Assembly: GCA_021155045.1 (NCBI GenBank)
Contig: JAJNQB010000006.1
Coordinates: 126,832-190,831 of the forward strand
Direction of reading: 5' to 3'
Length of the DNA: 64,000 nucleotides
DNA from: Arcticibacter sp.
GTDB taxonomy: Bacteria > Bacteroidota > Bacteroidia > 2-12-FULL-35-15
Shown here: piece after piece, positions 9,771-19,060 of the stretch
How the letters are laid out: every line of letters starts with the position of its first letter
Position numbering within the stretch: the first letter of the stretch is position 1
Translations under genes and position numbers: made by a program
The notes under the pieces: model-generated
The model's database searches: none
Told to the model about the DNA's origin: nothing
Seen by the model: only the letters and a program-made list of their open reading frames with translations

Positions 9771-11063
9771 TTATGCAAACAAAGGAAAGTCCTTCATCAT
9801 TTTGTTTACCTCTTTACGAACTTCAAGAATAACTTTTTCATTGTCATTATTCATCAATACTTTATCAATCAGGTTTACAATTTTTGGAATGTGTTTTTCT
9901 TTCAATCCTCGGCTTGTAATTGCTGCTGTTCCAACACGAATGCCAGACGTTGTAAATGGTGATTTATCATCAAAAGGCACCATATTTTTATTTACTGTTA
10001 TATCGGCTTTTACAAGTGTGTTTTCTGCTAATTTACCAGTAAGTGTAGCTTGTCCGTTTGGTAGTTTTTTTGATCGCAAATCAATTAACATACAATGATT
10101 GTCAGTACCTCCACTTATAACTTTATAACCTTTATCTACAAAACATTGTGCCATTAGTTTTGCATTTTTCATTACTTGAACACAATATTTCAAGTAACTA
10201 TCTTCCAGCGCTTCACCATAAGCCACAGCTTTAGCAGCAATAACATGTTCCAATGGTCCTCCTTGTGTTCCAGGGAAAACAGCAGCATCGAGCAATTGCG
10301 ACATCATTTTTATTTCTCCTTTTGGCGTTTTTTCACCAAATGGATTAGGAAAATCTTTGCCCATCATTATCATTCCACCTCTTGGTCCGCGTAATGTTTT
10401 ATGAGTTGTTGTGGTTACAATATGACAATAGGGAAGAGGATCGTTTAATAAACCTCTTGCAATTAATCCTGCAGGATGTGCTATGTCTGCCATTAATAGG
10501 GCTCCAACTTTATCAGCAATTTTTCTAAATGTATTATAATCCCAATCACGTGAATAAGCAGATGCGCCACAAATAATTAATTTTGGTTTTTCGCGCAAAG
10601 CAATTTCCTCAACTTTTTTCATATTCACTCTTCCTGTTTTTTCGTCCACACCATAAAAACTAGGAACGTATAATTTTCCTGAATAATTTACAGGAGATCC
10701 GTGAGTTAAATGCCCACCGTGAGAAAGATCAAAGCCTAATATTTTGTCGCCAGGTTTTAATACAGCTAACATCACTGCTGCATTTGCTTGTGCTCCAGAA
10801 TGAGGTTGAACATTAACCCATTCAGCATTAAATAATTCTTTTGCTCTATCAATAGCAAGTTGTTCTACTTTATCTACTACTTCGCAACCACCATAATAAC
10901 GTTTATGAGGCAAACCCTCAGCATATTTGTTTGTTAGTACGCTACCCATCGCTTTCATTACTTGTTCGCTTACAAAATTTTCGGAAGCGATTAATTCTAT
11001 TCCAACAGTTTGGCGTTTTTTTTCTTCTGCTATTAAATTAAAAATTACGGTGTCTTTTTTCAT
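9771..11063 (-). CDS. glyA: serine hydroxymethyltransferase
   Basis: '[10 protein letters not shown]' and the PLP-lysine region '[15 protein letters not shown]'. Length is 430 aa. Confidence 0.95.
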   Translation of the reverse strand: MKKDTVIFNLIAEEKKRQTVGIELIASENFVSEQVMKAMGSVLTNKYAEGLPHKRYYGGCEVVDKVEQLAIDRAKELFNAEWVNVQPHSGAQANAAVMLAVLKPGDKILGFDLSHGGHLTHGSPVNYSGKLYVPSFYGVDEKTGRVNMKKVEEIALREKPKLIICGASAYSRDWDYNTFRKIADKVGALLMADIAHPAGLIARGLLNDPLPYCHIVTTTTHKTLRGPRGGMIMMGKDFPNPFGEKTPKGEIKMMSQLLDAAVFPGTQGGPLEHVIAAKAVAYGEALEDSYLKYCVQVMKNAKLMAQCFVDKGYKVISGGTDNHCMLIDLRSKKLPNGQATLTGKLAENTLVKADITVNKNMVPFDDKSPFTTSGIRVGTAAITSRGLKEKHIPKIVNLIDKVLMNNDNEKVILEVRKEVNKMMKDFPLFA

Positions 11064-11112
11064 ACGGGATTGAATTTTATTTTTTTTGAGAATGTAAAAG
11101 TATAAAAAAACA

Positions 11113-11598
11113 TTAAGCTTTATTGTTTAGATTTTCTTTTTCGGCAAACATAAAAATGGGAATCAGAATCATCATCATAAAAGGCGATTGTTCTAACCCC
11201 ATTAAAAACCTTGAGAGTTCGTACATGCGTTCTGACGTGTTTTCAAAAAAATAGCCTATTCCCATAAATATTGCAGAGATAACCATTATAGTTGCGTATA
11301 GAAAAATAGAAATAGTTCTATATTTTTTATTGTTAAATAAAATTTTCAAAACCAATAAAAGTATAATTAAAAATAAACCAGAAAACACAATTGTTAATAC
11401 CCATTTTAAATTCGTTACAGTATCATAATCGTAATTTTTCAAGAAAGATAAACTTGGATGAATGGGATAATCCATATCATAATCCCAAGCTTGTAGCAAG
11501 GCGTTGATGCTTCTGAAAACATAATCCCTGTAAAAGCTTAAAAATAATACTAAAGCGAGAATTAAAAATAGAGTCCCGTTTTTTTTTGATCGATTCAT
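11113..11598 (-). CDS. small polytopic membrane protein, function unknown
   Basis: 4 predicted TM segments. The internal Met ([16 protein letters not shown]) at 11598 is the likely start. Divergent from the giant T9SS gene. Confidence 0.45.
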   Translation of the reverse strand: MNRSKKNGTLFLILALVLFLSFYRDYVFRSINALLQAWDYDMDYPIHPSLSFLKNYDYDTVTNLKWVLTIVFSGLFLIILLLVLKILFNNKKYRTISIFLYATIMVISAIFMGIGYFFENTSERMYELSRFLMGLEQSPFMMMILIPIFMFAEKENLNNKA

Positions 11599-11738
11599 AG
11601 ATAAAACAAAATTAATATAAATGTTAGTTTGTTTTAATTTTAATTCACACATCGATTAATAATTGTGTTTTGTCGAAATGTTTTGATTTTTAATTATTTA
11701 ACATTAAATTCGCTAACATTATTTACCCTTGATAAAAC

Positions 11739-14700
11739 ATGAATAAACAATTGTCACCCCTGTTGTTATTCTTGTTGTTTGCCTTTGCTGGATTTTTTGC
11801 TAATGCTCAAAGCATTGCAAATTATGCTTCTGTGCGTACAACAGGTATAACTTATGCTTCAATATCAACTTCTGGTAATGCAATAGATAGTTGGCGAAAC
11901 AATGGAGCTTTTTCTCAAGACGATAATCGTAGCAATGCTACCGATATTGGATTTGATTTTTGGTATAATGGAACTCGTTATACACAATTTAGTGTTTCCA
12001 CAAATGGATATGTCGATTTTTCTTCATCTACAGCTAATGGAGGGGCAACAAATGGCCCTTATGGTTATGATAATACACAATTTACCGGAAATGGTGCTGG
12101 TACCTGGTTAGCTTTGGCTCCTTTTTATGATGACATGACAGCACAAGGAGGAACTGCTGCTCTTGGTAATAGTATAAAATATTTAGTCTCAGGAACTGCG
12201 CCAAATCGTGTACTTACCATTGAATGGATAAACATGGCTGTTTATTTAAATACAACTCCTAGTTTAAATTTTCAAGTAAAATTATATGAAACCACTGGAG
12301 TAATTGATTTTGTGTATGGTACTATGACGCAGGGAACAGCGAATTTTACATATACCTGCGGGATAAATGCAGCTACTTTAGCCAATACGCCTACTGTTGC
12401 TCAGCTTAAATGTCAGCAAGCTGCTAATTCTAATACATTCAGTAATTTTGAACAGAATTCTCTAACGGCAATGCCTACGAGTAATTCTAGAATAACTTTT
12501 ACTCCGCCCGTTACTACTCCTGCTTCTCCATCTGGGACATTAACATTTACTGGAGTTTCTCAAACGGGTATGACTGTTAATTGGGTTAACTGGAGTACAA
12601 ATGAAGTTGCTTATGTTTTATACAACTCTACAGATAATATTAATTTCAGCTTTGCTGCGCAAACCGCTGCAAATGTGACTTCTTATGCTTCAACAGGTTT
12701 ATTGCCTGGAACAACTTATTACTGGAGATTATATGCTGTTACTGATGGGTATCTTAGCACTTCAATAAATGGAAATCAAATAACCAATGCTGCTGGAAAT
12801 GTAATTTCAATTGCAACCGGTAATTGGAATCAAACTACTACATGGAATTGTGGATGTATTCCTTCTGCAGGTGATAATGTAACCATTGCAAACACGCATA
12901 CGGTGAGTATCAATGTAAATGCAAATTGCAATAATTTAACTGTTGGACAAGGAACGTCCGGAATATTGAGATTTACAGGAGGCACCAATTTGACAATGAA
13001 TGTAAATAATAGTATAGTTGTGAACAATGGAGCCACATTTAATGTTCAAAATAATGCAGTACATCAGTTGTATTTGGGTGGGAGTTTAACAAATAATGGC
13101 GTTTTGGATTTTGGACAAAACGTTAATAGAGCTTGTAATTTAAATTTAATAAAAAACGGAAACTCTTTTCTGGCAGGTACTGGCAGCATTAATAGGTATA
13201 ACGATATTATATTGAGCATGGGAAATTCCATTAATAATACATTGGAAGTTTCATCTTCAGTTTTTACTATAAAATCTGACTTTTTATTTTTAAATACTGG
13301 TACTTTTAAACTTTCAACTCCCAATACAATATCCTTAATTCCATTTTCTGGAGTTTCAACAATAAACAATAATTCTGGAATTATTGTTAATAGTGCTACT
13401 GCAACAGTTACATTTGGTAATACAATAAATTTATATGGGAACTTAATTGTAAATGCCGGCACCGTTAATATTGGAAATGCGAATAATGAAAATGTGGCTT
13501 CAAATGGTGGTACATTTCAAATAAATGGAGGAACAGTAAATATTGCAGGGCAATACTATTCTGCAAATATTAACACACTTGCTAAATTTACGATGGCAGC
13601 AGGAACACTTACTTTACCCACCTCTGGTTGTACTTCTACAACCATTGCTCCTTTTCATATTGATGGAGCTGGCTCAACTTTTAACATGAGTGGAGGTACA
13701 ATTGTAATTCAACGAGAAGGAGGAGCAGGACCACAGAACTTAGGTTATACAGTTCTAAATATTGCAAACAGCGCTGTAACCGGAGGTACGCTTCAAATAG
13801 GAAATGCAACTACTCCCGCTGCTCATATAATGAATATTAATAGTTCTGCAAGGGTTGGAAATTTATTAGTGTCAAGTGCCAATGCAACAGGTATGCTTAA
13901 TACTAACTCCTTAACAGTTACAAATAATATTACAATTGCTTCTGGTATTTTAAATTCGAGCAATCTAAATTTTACGCTTGGTGGCATTTGGACTAACAAT
14001 TCAACATTCACAGCAGGTACAGGGACGGTTATTTTTAACGGTACTGTAGCACAAACGTTAACAGGAAGTGTAGTTACAACCTTTAATAATTTAACAATGA
14101 ATAACACCAGTGGAAGTGGTGTTACATTGGGAATAAATACAAATGTTGGAGGTATTTTAAATTTTATTTCAGGAGTAATAACAACAAATACATTTAGAGT
14201 GATTATAAATCCAACGGGTTCTGTAACAGGTGCGGGTACAGGAAGGTTTGTAAATGGCTTTTTACAAAAAAATGTTGCAACAGGAACAAACGTTACAAGA
14301 AATTACGAAGTTGGGTTTGGGTTTACAGATTATTTACCTGTTAGTTTAACATTCGCTAGTGTTACAACTGCTGGCAATGTAACAGCAAAAGTGTTTAATG
14401 GTGACCATCCTAATATTGCAACGTCATGCATTGATGATTTAAAGAGTGTAAATCGTTATTGGCAAATAACAAATACTGGAACTGCGTTTACAAATTATTC
14501 TGCAACTTGTAATTTTATTGGTGTAGGTTCAGATGCGGATGCTGGTTCAGTTCCTGCAAATTATTTTATGGCACTTTATAATGGTGCTGCTTGGACAACA
14601 TTAACACAAGGAACAACAGCTTCAACTTCCAATCAAGCTACTGTAATTACAGCAATTGGGGCACTACAAGTAGGAGAGAGAAGAGGTCCTGTAATTACAA

Positions 14701-17700
14701 CGCAGCCAATAAACGTAACTGCTTGCAATGGAAATCCTGCTACTTTTTCAGTTGTAGCTAGTGGTTTTGGACTAACATATCAATGGCAACAGAATACAGG
14801 TAGTGGTTTTACAAATTTAGCCAATGGTGGAATTTATTCGGGCGTTACTACTTCAACATTAAATATATCAGCAGTAACTACAGGTATGAATGGATATTTA
14901 TACCGTTGTATTGTAACTTCTACAACTTGTGGAGGAAGCACAACTTCATCTAATGCAACATTAACTGTAAATGCAGCCGCAGGAGCAAGCATTACAATTT
15001 CTGCGAGCCCATCGAATAACATTTGTGCAGGAACCTCGGTTACATTTACAGCAACTATTACCAATGGTGGTGCTACTCCTGCTTATCAATGGCAACTAAA
15101 TGGAACAAATGTAGGAACGAATTCACCTACTTATATTAATTCAACTTTAAATAATGGAGATGTTGTGATGTGTATTTTAACTTCATCTGCTAGTTGTGTT
15201 CCCGGTCCTGTAAATTCGAATAATATTACAATGACTGTGAATCCTATTGTTCCTGTAAGTGTTTCAATTGCTGCAGCTCCTTCTGGTACTATTTGTTTTG
15301 GAACAAATGTTTCATTTACTGCAACTCCTGTAAATGGAGGTGTAAGTCCTACCTATCAATGGAAATTAAATGGATTAAATGTTGGAACAAATTCACCTAG
15401 CTACTCAAATTCAACATTATTGAATGGTGATATAATATCCTGTGAACTCACGTCTAGTGAAACTTGTATAACAGGAAGCCCTGCTACAAGTAATGCTATT
15501 ACTCAATCGGTAACACTTCTTGGTACATGGTTAGGAACAGCTTCTTCTGATTGGAACAATGCTTCAAATTGGTGTGGAGGAATTCCAACAAACTTAATTA
15601 ATGTTACTATTCCTTCTGGAACTCCATTTTCACCTCAATTAACAGCTGCTGGAAATTGTAGAAATATTAATATTGCTGCTGGAGTAATTTTAGATTTGAA
15701 TAATAATATCTTAAATGTATTTGGTGCTTTTTCAGGAACGGGAGAATTAAGAGGCTCATTATCTTCGGCAATAGCAATTCAGAGTGGAGCAGGAAGTGCA
15801 GGAACATTTTATATGGATCAAACAACTGCAGGTGTAACAAATAATTTAGACGTTATTACTGTTAATAGAACTGGTTCAACATTAACAATTGCAAATCCTT
15901 TAAATGTAACAAGTACAATAAATATTCAAGCAGGAACTTTTGCCACTGGAAACAATTTAACACTTGTATCTAATTCAACAAAAACAGCTCGTGTAGCTCA
16001 ATTAAATGCTGGGGCAGACATAACTGGTAATGTTACCATGCAACGATACATACCAAGCGGAACAGATGGTTGGATATTTTTATGTGCCCCAGTTTCTGGA
16101 ATAACTTTACAACAATGGGATGATGATGTAATAACTGGAGGTTTCCCCGGTTCGCAGTATCCACCTCCAACAGTTACTAATTCTTCGATTTATTCCTATA
16201 ACGAAGCATTGCCTGGTATTTATGATGATGGCTATGTTACACCTTCCAATATTACAGACCCAATAACTCCTCGAAAAGGATATTGGATGTATATCATGGG
16301 AACACCTTTAATTTTCGATGTTACAGGACCTTTATTAAAAGGAACACAAAATTTTGCTGTTACTTATACAGATGATCCTGCACAACCTGCTTATGAAGAT
16401 GGTTGGAATTTAATTGCAAACCCTTATCCTTCCACAATTGATTGGGATGGGGCTGGTTGGACAAAAACAAATGTTGCGGATGCAGTATATATGTATAACC
16501 CTACTTTAGATCAATATACCAGCTATGTGGGTGGTATAGGAACAAATGGAGGCTCCAATTTGATAGCATCTTCTCAAGCGTTTTTAGTGCAAACAACAGG
16601 CGCAAGTCCTGTATTGCAATTAACAGAAGCTGCAAAAAATGCAACCGATGGAATTTTTATTCGTTCATCTTCATCAAGTACGGATGATATTTTGAAATTA
16701 AATTTATCAGGAAACAGCTTTACCGATGAAACAATTATTCGATTTAATTCAAACGCCACAAATTCTGTAGATATAGATTACGATGCTTTAAAATTTTATA
16801 GTTATGGTACGGCTGTCCCAAGTATTGGCTCCATGCTTATTGATACTACAAATTATTCGATTAATTCTATTCCTTTATTAACAGCCGATTTAGTTATTCC
16901 AATAAAAGTGAAAGTTGGACTTTCTGGAACGTATACAATCAATTTGGATAGCATTTCAAGAATACCCGAAGGCTCTTGTTTAATTCTTATTGATTTAAAA
17001 ACAGGAATTCAAACAGATTTAAGAACAACTCCAAGCTATTCGTTTTATATTGTTGATACCACTACTTATCCTCGTTTTAGATTAAATATTGGCAAACCAA
17101 TACAAACATCTTCAATTGCTTCGTCTTGTAGTGCAACACCAGACGGTTCTGCTACAGCAACAGGAAATGGAGTAGGGCCATTCACATACACTTGGCAAAA
17201 TTCTTTAGGAACTATTTTACAAACTTCATCCAATATTTTTGGCTCAAATACCTTGAATAATATTCCGTCAGGTGATTATACTGTTACTATTTCTGGAAAT
17301 TCAGGAGTTTGTAATACTGTTTCAACTATAGTTTTTGTTGATGGCTTAGATGTAATTAATGTGTCTAGTACTGTTTTCAATGCAAGTTGCTCTGGCATAG
17401 CAGATGGCGGTATCGTTATTGATACAACCACAGGAGGTGTTTCACCATATACTTATAGTTGGTCGAATGGAAGTACAACAACAAATAATATGGGAATTAC
17501 TTCAGGTAATTATCAATTAACAATAACAGATAGTATTGGTTGTGCTCAACAAATTAATTTTAATGTTCCTCAAAATTCTGCTATTTCTGCTGGATTTACT
17601 TCCAGCACAGATACTGTTTACTTGTTGAGCAATGCACCTGTTGATTTTACAAATACATCAAATGGAGCAATAACTTATACTTGGGATTTTGGTGATGGAT

Positions 17701-18110
17701 CTGCAAATGACAATAGTCAAAATCCTTCCTACATCTATAAAATAGAAGGAACTTATACTGTTACTTTGATTGTGTCTGATGGAAATTGCACGGATACAAT
17801 TACTCAAGTTATTTATGTAATTAATAGTATAGATCCAACTGGAATAAATGAAATAGATTTAGAAAGCCTAGTTTCTGTTTATTCAAACAACTTCAATAAT
17901 TCAATTGATATTTTATTTAATTTAAACACACAACAAAAAGTTAAGATTGAAATATTTAATTCAATCGGACAAAAAGTTGTTGCAGATAATGAATTACAAG
18001 CACAGAAGAATAAACATAGTATTGACTTTGCTGATAAAGCAAAAGGTGTTTATCATATTAGGCTTTTAATAGGCAAGGAATTGATAACAAAGAAAATTGT
18101 AACCAATTAA
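11739..18110 (+). CDS. giant (2123 aa) T9SS-secreted cell-surface adhesin-like protein: beta-helix-like N-region, 3 tandem Ig-like repeats, SprB repeats, PKD domain, T9SS type-A CTD
   Basis: Signal peptide. Three ~95-aa repeats (…YQWQxNGxNVGTNSPxYxNSTLxNGDxxxCxLTSSxxC…) lie at about aa 985-1270. SprB-type repeats (C..DG...GG.sPYTYSW) lie at about aa 1790-1900. PKD-like 'YTWDFGDGS' is present. The C-terminus 'KGVYHIRLLIGKELITKKIVTN' is a T9SS CTD. Confidence 0.85.
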   Translation: MNKQLSPLLLFLLFAFAGFFANAQSIANYASVRTTGITYASISTSGNAIDSWRNNGAFSQDDNRSNATDIGFDFWYNGTRYTQFSVSTNGYVDFSSSTANGGATNGPYGYDNTQFTGNGAGTWLALAPFYDDMTAQGGTAALGNSIKYLVSGTAPNRVLTIEWINMAVYLNTTPSLNFQVKLYETTGVIDFVYGTMTQGTANFTYTCGINAATLANTPTVAQLKCQQAANSNTFSNFEQNSLTAMPTSNSRITFTPPVTTPASPSGTLTFTGVSQTGMTVNWVNWSTNEVAYVLYNSTDNINFSFAAQTAANVTSYASTGLLPGTTYYWRLYAVTDGYLSTSINGNQITNAAGNVISIATGNWNQTTTWNCGCIPSAGDNVTIANTHTVSINVNANCNNLTVGQGTSGILRFTGGTNLTMNVNNSIVVNNGATFNVQNNAVHQLYLGGSLTNNGVLDFGQNVNRACNLNLIKNGNSFLAGTGSINRYNDIILSMGNSINNTLEVSSSVFTIKSDFLFLNTGTFKLSTPNTISLIPFSGVSTINNNSGIIVNSATATVTFGNTINLYGNLIVNAGTVNIGNANNENVASNGGTFQINGGTVNIAGQYYSANINTLAKFTMAAGTLTLPTSGCTSTTIAPFHIDGAGSTFNMSGGTIVIQREGGAGPQNLGYTVLNIANSAVTGGTLQIGNATTPAAHIMNINSSARVGNLLVSSANATGMLNTNSLTVTNNITIASGILNSSNLNFTLGGIWTNNSTFTAGTGTVIFNGTVAQTLTGSVVTTFNNLTMNNTSGSGVTLGINTNVGGILNFISGVITTNTFRVIINPTGSVTGAGTGRFVNGFLQKNVATGTNVTRNYEVGFGFTDYLPVSLTFASVTTAGNVTAKVFNGDHPNIATSCIDDLKSVNRYWQITNTGTAFTNYSATCNFIGVGSDADAGSVPANYFMALYNGAAWTTLTQGTTASTSNQATVITAIGALQVGERRGPVITTQPINVTACNGNPATFSVVASGFGLTYQWQQNTGSGFTNLANGGIYSGVTTSTLNISAVTTGMNGYLYRCIVTSTTCGGSTTSSNATLTVNAAAGASITISASPSNNICAGTSVTFTATITNGGATPAYQWQLNGTNVGTNSPTYINSTLNNGDVVMCILTSSASCVPGPVNSNNITMTVNPIVPVSVSIAAAPSGTICFGTNVSFTATPVNGGVSPTYQWKLNGLNVGTNSPSYSNSTLLNGDIISCELTSSETCITGSPATSNAITQSVTLLGTWLGTASSDWNNASNWCGGIPTNLINVTIPSGTPFSPQLTAAGNCRNINIAAGVILDLNNNILNVFGAFSGTGELRGSLSSAIAIQSGAGSAGTFYMDQTTAGVTNNLDVITVNRTGSTLTIANPLNVTSTINIQAGTFATGNNLTLVSNSTKTARVAQLNAGADITGNVTMQRYIPSGTDGWIFLCAPVSGITLQQWDDDVITGGFPGSQYPPPTVTNSSIYSYNEALPGIYDDGYVTPSNITDPITPRKGYWMYIMGTPLIFDVTGPLLKGTQNFAVTYTDDPAQPAYEDGWNLIANPYPSTIDWDGAGWTKTNVADAVYMYNPTLDQYTSYVGGIGTNGGSNLIASSQAFLVQTTGASPVLQLTEAAKNATDGIFIRSSSSSTDDILKLNLSGNSFTDETIIRFNSNATNSVDIDYDALKFYSYGTAVPSIGSMLIDTTNYSINSIPLLTADLVIPIKVKVGLSGTYTINLDSISRIPEGSCLILIDLKTGIQTDLRTTPSYSFYIVDTTTYPRFRLNIGKPIQTSSIASSCSATPDGSATATGNGVGPFTYTWQNSLGTILQTSSNIFGSNTLNNIPSGDYTVTISGNSGVCNTVSTIVFVDGLDVINVSSTVFNASCSGIADGGIVIDTTTGGVSPYTYSWSNGSTTTNNMGITSGNYQLTITDSIGCAQQINFNVPQNSAISAGFTSSTDTVYLLSNAPVDFTNTSNGAITYTWDFGDGSANDNSQNPSYIYKIEGTYTVTLIVSDGNCTDTITQVIYVINSIDPTGINEIDLESLVSVYSNNFNNSIDILFNLNTQQKVKIEIFNSIGQKVVADNELQAQKNKHSIDFADKAKGVYHIRLLIGKELITKKIVTN

Positions 18111-18210
18111 CTTATAGGGCAGGTCTAAAAATTTACATTTTCATCTCCCATCTATTAAGAGGGGAAAGGGGTGTGTAATTGAAAAGCACAAATTTTAGAA
18201 CTGCTATAGA

Positions 18211-18240
18211 AGAGGAAGCTTAAATAACTTCCTCTTTTTG
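18211..18240 (+). terminator. rho-independent terminator (agaggaag/cttcctct 8-bp stem + T5) downstream of the giant adhesin gene
   Basis: Perfect 8-bp inverted repeat followed by 'tttttg'. It overlaps the stop codon of the convergent xrtF. Confidence 0.5.
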
Positions 18241-18756
18241 TTTTAAACTTACTTTGTTTGTCCAAAGCATCCACATAAAAAAGATAAAGGCATAAATTAC
18301 AATTGTAAACGTGTAGGTATGATTAAATTCTGTCCATGCTCTAGACTTTGTATCTAATATTGCAAGTGTTACAATTCTAATGATATTCAATACTTCAATA
18401 GAAATAATTCCGATACTAATAAAAACTAATTTTTTCCACCATTTGCCTTTTGGATAAGCAACGATGAACCAAGTGAAAAGTGCAAACAAGGTAATGCCAT
18501 TGCAATTATCTCCAATCCAAAGTCCTCCTGTTCCATCAACACCAATAACACGTTCAACTCCTGTGAATACTCGGTAATTCATTAATTCTAAAACAAATTT
18601 GCTTATATCAACTGTTAGATTAATAACAAATAAATCTATTGTTTCGTTCGGATGTAGCCATAGATTATACACTAGATACCAGAGTATATAAAGAGAAAAC
18701 AGGCGGATAATAAATTTTACAATTGGATTTTTTAGGTACTCAAGAATAAGATTCAT
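18220..18756 (-). CDS. xrtF: exosortase-family transpeptidase, short Bacteroidetes type (XrtF-like)
   Basis: 178 aa polytopic membrane protein. The catalytic-Cys motif 'DNCNGITLF' is of the C-[SN]-G exosortase type. The conserved Arg motif 'NIIRIVTLAILD' and a downstream His/Asn ('EFNHTY') are present. Size and motifs match the short exosortase F class. Confidence 0.7.
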   Translation of the reverse strand: MNLILEYLKNPIVKFIIRLFSLYILWYLVYNLWLHPNETIDLFVINLTVDISKFVLELMNYRVFTGVERVIGVDGTGGLWIGDNCNGITLFALFTWFIVAYPKGKWWKKLVFISIGIISIEVLNIIRIVTLAILDTKSRAWTEFNHTYTFTIVIYAFIFFMWMLWTNKVSLKQKEEVI

Positions 18757-18772
18757 GAAGTAAAGTTACAAA

Positions 18773-18804
18773 GAAAAAATCCCGTTTTAAACGGGATTTT
18801 TTTT
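18773..18804 (-). terminator. weak hairpin + U-run (possible attenuator/terminator) between the 74-aa gene and xrtF
   Basis: 'aaaaaatcccgttttaaacgggatttttttt' is a 5-6 bp GC stem with A6/T8 flanks. The stop codon of the 74-aa ORF lies in the loop. Confidence 0.35.
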
Positions 18805-19011
18805 AGTTGAATCGTATATCTTTTTTGCTCCAAAAATAATTCCTACAGCAATGAGTAGCCAAACACTACTATCCAAAGGAACTGGACAAGGAGGAAATGG
18901 ACCTCCGCAGGGAGCAGGCGGTCCGCTACCCATACCTGCTTTAGCCGTATTTGCTAAAAAGGGAGAAAATAACAAGAACGATACTATAAATATTTTTACA
19001 ATTTTATTCAT
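18787..19011 (-). CDS. small secreted Gly/Pro/Cys-rich protein with C-terminal PEP-CTERM-like tripartite tail (candidate exosortase substrate)
   Basis: Signal peptide MNKIVKIFIVSFLLFSPFLANTAKA. Mature core GMGSGPPAPCGGPFPPCPVPLD. Then a hydrophobic helix SSVWLLIAVGIIFGA, then basic KKIY…KK. It is co-directional with xrtF and immediately upstream of it. Confidence 0.55.
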   Translation of the reverse strand: MNKIVKIFIVSFLLFSPFLANTAKAGMGSGPPAPCGGPFPPCPVPLDSSVWLLIAVGIIFGAKKIYDSTKKNPV

Positions 19012-19060
19012 ATAGCTTTTTAATTTAAGACAAAATTAAAATTTATTTGTTAATACACTA

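Noticed and set aside
11113-11598. The 4-TM membrane protein divergent from the giant adhesin as a possible 'exosortase F system-associated' partner
   Set aside because: It is separated from xrtF by 6.5 kb and I cannot recall a diagnostic motif for that family. It is kept as a generic membrane protein.
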